Under the pieces are notes generated by a model. That model did not search any database. It was not told where the DNA came from and saw only the letters and a list, made by a program, of their open reading frames with translations. Positions 1 through 5,355 of a DNA stretch of 6,373 nucleotides are shown here, piece after piece; the stretch's first letter is position 1, and each line of letters starts with the position of its first letter. The DNA comes from a virus. Its lineage: Duplodnaviria > Heunggongvirae > Uroviricota > Caudoviricetes. The DNA lies in IMG/VR virus record IMGVR_UViG_2619619132_000003, positions 1 to 6,373 of that record, one strand, 5' to 3'. Position numbers and translations under genes: made by a program.

Positions 1-20
1 CCCGCCGTAGCGAGTTCAGA

Positions 21-48
21 TAAAAGAAATCCCCGCGAGTGCGAGGAT
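21..48 (-). terminator. Probable Rho-independent terminator ending the minus-strand operon
   Basis: On the minus-strand RNA, 29-48 folds as AUCCUCGC-ACUC-GCGGGGAU: an 8-bp GC-rich stem with one G-U wobble and a 4-nt loop, followed directly by a U-rich run UUCUUUUAUC (plus 19-28). It lies about 20 nt downstream of the stop of the last gene (67-69). Confidence 0.5.
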
Positions 49-66
49 AGTTACTTGTTCATATTA

Positions 67-348
67 TTAATCGTCAATGTATTTTGAGCATTGTGGGCAA
101 TCATCAATCCCACAATACGATTCATATGCATCCTTTATTGCGTCGCGGGCTTCAGTAAGAGTATTGAATAAGTTGCAGCTATTATCTTTTTGATATAGGT
201 AAGTTCCTAATTTATAAGCAGAAGAAGCATCACTTCCGCTGTCTAAAATTACATCGTTATGGATTCTGCACCTTGCAAGAATTCCTGATCCCATAAGGGT
301 CTGCATAGCCCATTGCTCTTGATCTTCACACAAATCATGAATGCTCAT
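67..348 (-). CDS. Hypothetical small protein (93 aa) with C-terminal C-x4-C-x2-C motif
   Basis: The track ORF 67..366 begins with GTG at 366. The in-frame ATG at 348-346 is preceded by GAGAGGTG (Shine-Dalgarno-like) with about 5 nt spacing. The C-terminus contains CGIDDCPQC, with additional Cys at track-ORF residues 13, 32 and 63. No family recognised. Confidence 0.5.
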   Translation of the reverse strand: MSIHDLCEDQEQWAMQTLMGSGILARCRIHNDVILDSGSDASSAYKLGTYLYQKDNSCNLFNTLTEARDAIKDAYESYCGIDDCPQCSKYIDD

Positions 349-447
349 TTCAACACCTCTCTTCACGTTTCACACACGTTAAGATTAACAGTGTTTTTAC
401 ATGCTTTGGAAGATTTATTTTATAAAAACTCTTTTAATACAAATAGA

Positions 448-467
448 TATAATAGTTCACTATTATA
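448..467. promoter_or_regulatory. 20-bp AT-rich dyad TATAATAG-TTCA-CTATTATA in the intergenic region
   Basis: Perfect 8-bp inverted repeat arms (448-455 and 460-467) around a 4-bp spacer, overlapping the stop codon of the 463..1698 gene. On the minus strand this reads CTATAAT, a -10-like hexamer, about 100 bp upstream of the 67..348 gene. No convincing -35 was found. Confidence 0.25.
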
Positions 468-1698
468 GCTCCTTTAATCGAGGCGGTTCTGGTAGAGGCA
501 TCCAGTGGGTTACCTCTTTGAGATACAGGTCTTCGCCATCACCGTCATCCCAAGTTGGATTGCCATCATTAAACCAGTCGCCATATACGCCGACCTGAGT
601 GTTGGGGATGTTTGGTGGGTAGTTGTTTTTAAAGTCAGCTGCTAACACATAGCATTGTCGCTCTCCCATTTCTGGCATTCGCTCACTACAGCTTATCCAA
701 CCATCCGGAGTTACCGGAGAGTTGCCATTTACCAAGTCAGCTCGAACATATAGCGTGTCATCATGGTGCTGATTGTGGCTGCACCACGTTAATTCGCTTA
801 ACTCGCCATCTTCTGGCCATACTCCAGCTGTTTGCAGCCAGATATGGGCTGGCGCATCTTGGCAAGGTGTATTAACTGGCAACTTGTAAGTTTGGCTTAC
901 AGGTTGGCTACCCTGAAGCATGGCAGCGTGGCAGGCATCCTCTACGCCCTTAACTGCATCTGCGCAGTAGTTATAGCGATTGCATTCCACTAACTTCTGC
1001 TTGAGATTTTCAATTGCTTGCGCGACATCAGCCTGTATTGGCGGAACGGCTGTCTGCTGCTCTCGAACGTCATTAGTCGCTATCGGTTCTGCTGCCAACT
1101 GACTGGCATATTTGTTAATGGTAACGATAAGCTCTTGCTCAGCCTCATCCAGACAATCACCAATACCTCGCCTGTCACCGTCAAAATCATCGAAATCTGC
1201 ACGAATCCTGGCAACCTTCAGGATTGCGGACAACACCTCACTAGGAATTACCGGATAGTTGGTTGACGTTTCCGCGATTTCCCGAAAATTATTGGTTGAC
1301 GAATTCTTATTTTCCCGAAAGTTTCCGGACTGAAGCATGGCGGCGCGGCAGGCGTTCCAGCCAGCTGTTCGCCCAAGCGCGTAAACTTCAGATGGCTCAA
1401 GATAATCAATGTCATGCCCGTCCTCATCGTTGTTCTCAGGTAATGCAGCAGGTACTACCGGTACTGGCGGAGCGGCGTAGACTTCAATAATCCCATTATC
1501 AATAGGCCATTCTCCATCCTTGAGATAGTCACTTGTGCCGTCAACTTGCTGTTCAGCAATGTGGAATGCACCAACTGGCTCTGCCTCAAGCGAGGCCAGT
1601 GCAATCCGTGCCAGTTCCATTTGTTCGCCACGGGTAAGCCCGTTTTCAAGCGGATTTTTAATGAACAATTCAATACGTTCTTTGGTAATAGTGGTCAT
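463..1698 (-). CDS. DUF551-type prophage protein (411 aa) with internal repeats
   Basis: ATG at 1698-1696 preceded by AAGGAG with 6 nt spacing. The C-terminus (DGWISCSERMPE ... THWMPLPEPP) matches the DUF551 pattern as I remember it. Contains a repeated AC(R/H)AAMLQ motif and a tandem 11-aa repeat NFRENKNSSTN / NFREIAETSTN. Confidence 0.75.
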   Translation of the reverse strand: MTTITKERIELFIKNPLENGLTRGEQMELARIALASLEAEPVGAFHIAEQQVDGTSDYLKDGEWPIDNGIIEVYAAPPVPVVPAALPENNDEDGHDIDYLEPSEVYALGRTAGWNACRAAMLQSGNFRENKNSSTNNFREIAETSTNYPVIPSEVLSAILKVARIRADFDDFDGDRRGIGDCLDEAEQELIVTINKYASQLAAEPIATNDVREQQTAVPPIQADVAQAIENLKQKLVECNRYNYCADAVKGVEDACHAAMLQGSQPVSQTYKLPVNTPCQDAPAHIWLQTAGVWPEDGELSELTWCSHNQHHDDTLYVRADLVNGNSPVTPDGWISCSERMPEMGERQCYVLAADFKNNYPPNIPNTQVGVYGDWFNDGNPTWDDGDGEDLYLKEVTHWMPLPEPPRLKEL

Positions 1699-1708
1699 GT
1701 GTTACTCC

Positions 1709-1972
1709 TTAACCCGCAGTGCTTTCAACTGATGAGGGGAACAAAATCTTTTCATCAAACCCTGCATTCATATCATGAACAGCAACACACCAATCCATTG
1801 ACGAACGATTATCAAGAGCCTCCATGATTTCATCCATGCGGCGTAGGTCATACAGGTAAATGCTTTTATCGCCAATGGTGTAAAAACCAATTTTTTTCGG
1901 TGACGGGCAGCGATCAAGAACGTTCTGTAATTCGCTCAACCATGCTTGTTCTTTTTTTGTCAAAGTTGCCAT
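1709..1972 (-). CDS. Hypothetical protein (87 aa)
   Basis: The track ORF 1709..2014 starts at an ATG that overlaps the upstream gene by 41 nt. The internal ATG at 1972-1970 is preceded by AAAGGAGAG with 6 nt spacing and sits 1 nt after the upstream stop (1976-1974), so I prefer it. No family recognised. Confidence 0.55.
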   Translation of the reverse strand: MATLTKKEQAWLSELQNVLDRCPSPKKIGFYTIGDKSIYLYDLRRMDEIMEALDNRSSMDWCVAVHDMNAGFDEKILFPSSVESTAG

Positions 1973-1973
1973 A

Positions 1974-2564
1974 TCACTCTCCTTTGATGCGAATGCCAGC
2001 GGCGCGGGAATCATTCCATCGCTTTACTTCTTCACGAATTACGTCAATGCATTCTTTCGAATCCATTAGGTAATCTTCATCAAAAAGACGTTCCTGTTCG
2101 TTTTCTATCGCAACAATGATTGCTTCAACTAACTTTTGTGCCTGAGAACCACTTTCTAACTCTGCAATGCGCTTCTCTGCGGCCTCTGCCCTGCATTGTT
2201 CCCGTTGGAACATTTTGTGGGTGCGGTCGAGCGCCTCAAGTCTGGCTGCTGATGTTTTCTGTTCTGCTTCAAGCTCAACGCGCAGCTTCCCTACCGTTAG
2301 CGCAATATCCTCGTTCTCCTGGTCACGGCGTTTGATGTATTGCTGGTTTCTTTCCCGTTCATCCAGCAGCGCCAAGACGGTAGCCGGATTGGCTGCGGCG
2401 ATGAATTCAGCATCACGAGATTCGTTTTCACTTAACACCATAGCTATTTGCTCATGGTTTATGCCGTCAGTGGAGTAAATCTCATCGTCGAATTCAACAG
2501 CCCACTTACCTTTCGTAGCCTTCTCCGCCGCCTCACGCAGTGCATGGTAATCAATCTTGCTCAC
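1974..2564 (-). CDS. Ead/Ea22-like family protein (196 aa)
   Basis: GTG start at 2564-2562 preceded by AAGGAGG with 6 nt spacing. The N-terminus MSKIDYHALREAAEKATKGKWAVE resembles the conserved N-terminal region of lambda Ea22-like prophage proteins as I remember it. The central region is coiled-coil-like (LEAEQKTSAARLEALDRTHKMFQREQCRAEAAEKRIAELES). Overlaps the upstream gene by 14 nt. Confidence 0.6.
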   Translation of the reverse strand: MSKIDYHALREAAEKATKGKWAVEFDDEIYSTDGINHEQIAMVLSENESRDAEFIAAANPATVLALLDERERNQQYIKRRDQENEDIALTVGKLRVELEAEQKTSAARLEALDRTHKMFQREQCRAEAAEKRIAELESGSQAQKLVEAIIVAIENEQERLFDEDYLMDSKECIDVIREEVKRWNDSRAAGIRIKGE

Positions 2565-2868
2565 TGGTTGCCTCCTTTGCTGGGCCTTCTAACTTCTGAG
2601 TGGTTGTATCAAACTCAAACAACTTAACCACGTCATCAAACAGGACATAATCGCCATCAGAATCTTCAGTCATGTCAGCGCCACAATCCTGACCGCACGA
2701 GTCGCAACCTCCCATATCAAGCTCGTATCGCTTCAGGTTTGCGATATTTGATAAATTCAGCGCCAGTACAGCCAGGTCATAAACCTCTTCGGCGGTATAC
2801 CCTGCACCATGCCCATACATTTCAATGCGGGATATGATTTCTTCTACCCGTTGTTTTGTGATCGTCAT
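2551..2868 (-). CDS. Hypothetical acidic protein (105 aa) with Cys cluster CDSCGQDC
   Basis: ATG at 2868-2866 preceded by GGGAGGTGA, in an ATGA overlap with the upstream stop (2867-2865). By my count about 23 Asp/Glu against 8 Lys/Arg, with the acidic residues concentrated in the C-terminal half. No family recognised. Confidence 0.6.
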   Translation of the reverse strand: MTITKQRVEEIISRIEMYGHGAGYTAEEVYDLAVLALNLSNIANLKRYELDMGGCDSCGQDCGADMTEDSDGDYVLFDDVVKLFEFDTTTQKLEGPAKEATSEQD

Positions 2869-3326
2869 TTTTGCTCACCTCCCTGTTCTTCCAGAAAAAT
2901 ACGCATAGCCTCAAGCATCTCTTCGGTGTCATACGGAGACAGCTTGTCACGCAGGATGTGTTCAATGCTGTTAATGAACTTTCGGATTGCTTTGCGTTCA
3001 ATTTCGGTCAGGAAAGCATCGGTGGCTGGGGTGTCTGATTGCAGAGACTTTGCGCGATAGTCATTCCACCCTCTTGCATACATGGGATTAACTTGCACTC
3101 CATCTTTTACGCAATATGCCTGACCTCCACGGTTGATAACCTTGATTTCGTCCATTGCGCCAGACTTCAGCCCCGCATTCTCCGCCGCCAGCTCCGCGCA
3201 CTTGGCCTCCGCTTCAGCAAATTTACGCACCAGATATTCAGCGTTTGTTTCGTTAACCTTTAGATCTCGTGGGATGCATTTACCTTTCAGAAAACCATCC
3301 ATCTCAATTAGTGACATTTGTTTCAT
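2865..3326 (-). CDS. Hypothetical protein (153 aa)
   Basis: The track ORF 2865..3344 starts with GTG. The in-frame ATG at 3326-3324 forms an ATGA overlap with the stop of the upstream small ORF (3325-3323) and is preceded by GGAG about 9 nt upstream. No family recognised. Confidence 0.5.
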   Translation of the reverse strand: MKQMSLIEMDGFLKGKCIPRDLKVNETNAEYLVRKFAEAEAKCAELAAENAGLKSGAMDEIKVINRGGQAYCVKDGVQVNPMYARGWNDYRAKSLQSDTPATDAFLTEIERKAIRKFINSIEHILRDKLSPYDTEEMLEAMRIFLEEQGGEQK

Positions 3327-3487
3327 TTCTTGCCACTCCGCCACATCGCATTCAGATATTTGTTTTGATTCACTGAAGGAAAAGAATTTCTCTTAAGCAA
3401 TTCCTCTCTCGATGGCATTGGCTTTACGCGTTGGCGAATAATCATTTCTGCCGGAAGAATGCCGGGATTGTATGCAAGTCCTCTCAT
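3323..3487 (-). CDS. Hypothetical small basic protein (54 aa)
   Basis: The track ORF 3323..3640 starts with TTG and overlaps the upstream gene extensively. The internal ATG at 3487-3485 is preceded by GAGGAA with about 7 nt spacing, and the upstream stop (3500-3498) lies inside that Shine-Dalgarno. The ATG at 3505 is an alternative but has no Shine-Dalgarno. Confidence 0.4.
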   Translation of the reverse strand: MRGLAYNPGILPAEMIIRQRVKPMPSREELLKRNSFPSVNQNKYLNAMWRSGKK

Positions 3488-3497
3488 GGTAAATTCC

Positions 3498-3794
3498 TCA
3501 GTCATTACTGATAGCGCCATAGCGTGAGCGGTAATTACGCAGGCGCGGGTCGATATATTCAGGGAAGTGGGTATATGTGGCTTTGCGGAATGGTCGGATT
3601 GATGTCTGGTAAATTCGCTCGCGTTCTTCTTTCTCTGCAAGCCATATACAGTGGCGAAATTCCTTTTCCTCTTTCGTTTCCTGCGGTAGCGACATTATCC
3701 GATCGTAGTTTTTTCTGAATTTATCCAGCACCTCCGATACGGAATTGCCGGAACAGCGGCGCGCGTCATCCGCACCATACAGAGGCGCTGGCAT
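3498..3794 (-). CDS. Hypothetical protein (98 aa), basic and aromatic-rich, immediately downstream of erf-ssb
   Basis: ATG at 3794-3792 preceded by AAGGA with about 8 nt spacing. Size and position are reminiscent of P22 abc2 (anti-RecBCD), but I do not recognise the sequence, so this is positional inference only. Confidence 0.55.
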   Translation of the reverse strand: MPAPLYGADDARRCSGNSVSEVLDKFRKNYDRIMSLPQETKEEKEFRHCIWLAEKEERERIYQTSIRPFRKATYTHFPEYIDPRLRNYRSRYGAISND

Positions 3795-3817
3795 AATGGA
3801 ATCCTTATTTTGCTAAT

Positions 3818-4201
3818 CTAGAAGGGAATTGAATCGTCGTATTCAGGATGATTTTGATGATTGCTACTTTGTTGCTGTTGGCTGTTTCCTGAAGTTGCAA
3901 ATCCAATCTTTGCATTCAGTAATTCAAGAGTGATTGATTGACCATTTTGCCCCTGATAAACATCAACCATGATGTTTTCTCCGGTAATTTCTACAATGCC
4001 ACCTTCAACAAGAACACTACGGTAGTAATCCGCTTGCGCTCCCGGCTTGGCAAATACAACGGCGCTGTAGTTTGTCCATTCTTTCTTTTTTGTCTGGCGA
4101 TCGTAATACTGAACGCCAGCACGGATGTTGAATCCGATATTTTCCCCGGCCTGAAACTCTCTTGCGGGCTTGTTTAGTCTTACAGTAATCGAATGTGCCA
4201 T
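3818..4201 (-). CDS. ssb: Single-stranded DNA-binding protein, short phage type (127 aa)
   Basis: ATG at 4201-4199 overlaps the Erf stop by 1 nt (TAATG), with AGGAG upstream. The core WTNYSAVVFAK...YYRSVLVEGGIVEITGENI parallels the E. coli SSB OB-fold segment WHRVVLFGKLAE...YLRKGSQVYIEGQL. A Gln-rich linker leads to the acidic tail YDDSIPF, compared with DDDIPF in E. coli SSB. Confidence 0.8.
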   Translation of the reverse strand: MAHSITVRLNKPAREFQAGENIGFNIRAGVQYYDRQTKKKEWTNYSAVVFAKPGAQADYYRSVLVEGGIVEITGENIMVDVYQGQNGQSITLELLNAKIGFATSGNSQQQQSSNHQNHPEYDDSIPF

Positions 4202-4806
4202 TAAGCAGCAGCTCCTTCTAATTCGTCTCGTCTGATGTTGTAAACGTCCTGCGCTTTGTGCTGCTCAGGTGTGCCTTCGAGCATCTTCCACGCTTTGGCG
4301 AACGCCTGTTTAAGCTCTTCTACGGTGTTTTTCTGCATTGCTGCGTCAGTGAATGCTTTTAGAACCTGTTCAGGTGTAGGTGATGGTTTTGATTGCTTTG
4401 CTGCTGCGTTCTGCTGATGTTTATGCTCGTCTGTATCTGCATCTTTCGCATCATCAATGCCGAACAAACCATTGAGGCAATACTTGCGTGCATAAGAGCT
4501 TGTAGCTCCCGTAACTTGTGCAGAATCCATTCCTTTCTTGCTTTCTTCCTCTCGTGCAAGAGCGGTTGCCGTATGGCTGTTTTCGCCATCGGTAATAGTT
4601 GCCGTGGCTTTCACGTAATACCGATCACCAATCAACACAACTTCATCGCTGATTGATAAAAACAGACCATTCAGTAACGGCTTAACGCCTTCAAGAATAT
4701 CTTCGCAGCTTCTGTATTTATATTTACCGAATGAGTTGTACTGATTCTTTGGCGCGTTCAGATTCTCCTGAATAGCTGCCAGTCTTGCGTAAAATTCTTT
4801 GCTCAT
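4201..4806 (-). CDS. erf: Erf-family single-strand annealing (recombination) protein (201 aa)
   Basis: The track ORF begins with TTG at 4836; the first ATG is at 4806-4804 and gives MSKEFYARLAAIQENLNAPKNQYNSFGKYKYRSCEDILEGVKPLL. Size, the kil-proximal position, coupling to ssb and my recollection of the P22 Erf N-terminus support the call; it was not verified by search. Confidence 0.6.
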   Translation of the reverse strand: MSKEFYARLAAIQENLNAPKNQYNSFGKYKYRSCEDILEGVKPLLNGLFLSISDEVVLIGDRYYVKATATITDGENSHTATALAREEESKKGMDSAQVTGATSSYARKYCLNGLFGIDDAKDADTDEHKHQQNAAAKQSKPSPTPEQVLKAFTDAAMQKNTVEELKQAFAKAWKMLEGTPEQHKAQDVYNIRRDELEGAAA

Positions 4807-4895
4807 ATGATTGTTCTCAGAATGGACACGGCCCAAGGAAATAACGCTGATTTAATACTTCGACTCGGGACAAATTAAGGCATACCCGCATTCCT

Positions 4896-5066
4896 TCACG
4901 ATCTCCATTCTGGCGATACATTAACGCCTGCTGCGTGTACATGCGTCTCTGTAACTTGCTCTCCTTCACTGTGGTTGCAAGTGACATGAATATCTCCTTC
5001 GTTACCGATTAATTCTTTCATCTGACGAATGAATTCTTCGTCTGACCAGTTATCTGTAAAACTCAT
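4896..5066 (-). CDS. Hypothetical small protein (56 aa) in the position of P22 arf
   Basis: The track ORF 4896..5081 starts with GTG. The in-frame ATG at 5066-5064 forms an ATGA overlap with the kil stop (5065-5063). Product MSFTDNWSDEEFIRQMKELIGNEGDIHVTCNHSEGEQVTETHVHAAGVNVSPEWRS. No sequence recognition. Confidence 0.4.
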   Translation of the reverse strand: MSFTDNWSDEEFIRQMKELIGNEGDIHVTCNHSEGEQVTETHVHAAGVNVSPEWRS

Positions 5067-5215
5067 TTCCTGCGATACCACGGAAGGTTGATAGCTGATT
5101 TCATCGCTTTATTTGCTTCAAGCCACATTTTTGAATCACCAATAAATCTGGCTATTACTGCTTTGTTCTGTGCAGCACGAAGCATCTGGTGATTGATGGC
5201 TATTTCATTGCGCAT
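5063..5215 (-). CDS. kil: Kil-like host cell-division inhibitor (50 aa)
   Basis: Hand-translated; not in the ORF track. ATG at 5215-5213 preceded by GAGG with about 7 nt spacing. Product MRNEIAINHQMLRAAQNKAVIARFIGDSKMWLEANKAMKSAIQLPWYRRK. The segment IARFIGDSKMW resembles lambda Kil (IATFIGDEKMF, as remembered). Overlaps the 3' end of cIII by 16 nt, as kil does in lambda. Confidence 0.6.
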   Translation of the reverse strand: MRNEIAINHQMLRAAQNKAVIARFIGDSKMWLEANKAMKSAINLPWYRRK

Positions 5216-5331
5216 AATAAGACCTCAACTCTTTTCCATCCGTCACGTAATTTACGGGTGATTCGTTCAAGTAAAGATTCATTTAATTGGAAGGCACCCA
5301 TGCGAGCGCCTCCCGCGATTGCGTAAATCAT
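5200..5331 (-). CDS. cIII: CIII-like protein (FtsH protease inhibitor, 43 aa)
   Basis: Hand-translated; not in the ORF track. ATG at 5331-5329 preceded by AAGGA with about 8 nt spacing. Product MIYAIAGGARMGAFQLNESLLERITRKLRDGWKRSEVLLCAMK. The core ESLLERITRKLRDGWKR and the N-terminal M-YAIAG match lambda CIII (MQYAIAG...ESLLERITRKLRDGWKR) as I remember it. Confidence 0.8.
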   Translation of the reverse strand: MIYAIAGGARMGAFQLNESLLERITRKLRDGWKRVEVLLCAMK

Positions 5332-5355
5332 GGGTGGTTCCTTATGTTGGTTTTA

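Noticed and set aside
401-598. Plus-strand ORF 401..598 starting in the AT-rich intergenic region
   Set aside because: It runs antisense into the 3' end of the DUF551 gene, has a low-complexity product and no Shine-Dalgarno. The AT-rich gap is more plausibly regulatory.
1018-1827. Plus-strand ORFs 1018..1266, 1263..1490, 1535..1732, 1546..1827 and minus-strand 1455..1673
   Set aside because: All lie within or antisense to the 411-aa DUF551 gene or the adjacent 87-aa gene. None has a convincing start context, and the nested minus ORF is in an alternate frame.
2120-2478. Plus-strand ORFs 2120..2335 and 2167..2478
   Set aside because: Antisense to the Ea22-like gene, with composition typical of a shadow frame (Ser, Ala, Leu, Cys).
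2809-3396. Plus-strand ORFs 2809..3060, 3039..3263 and 3133..3396
   Set aside because: Antisense to the 105-aa and 153-aa minus-strand genes, with no independent support.
3524-3718. Plus-strand ORF 3524..3718 and minus-strand long form 3323..3640
   Set aside because: The plus ORF is antisense to the 98-aa gene. The long minus form starts at TTG with no Shine-Dalgarno and overlaps the upstream gene by about 140 nt; the internal ATG at 3487 with a GAGGAA Shine-Dalgarno is preferred.
3938-4177. Plus-strand ORF 3938..4177
   Set aside because: Antisense to the SSB gene.
4359-4656. ORFs 4359..4589 (minus) and 4393..4656 (plus) inside erf
   Set aside because: Nested in an alternate frame of, or antisense to, the Erf-like gene, with no start signals.
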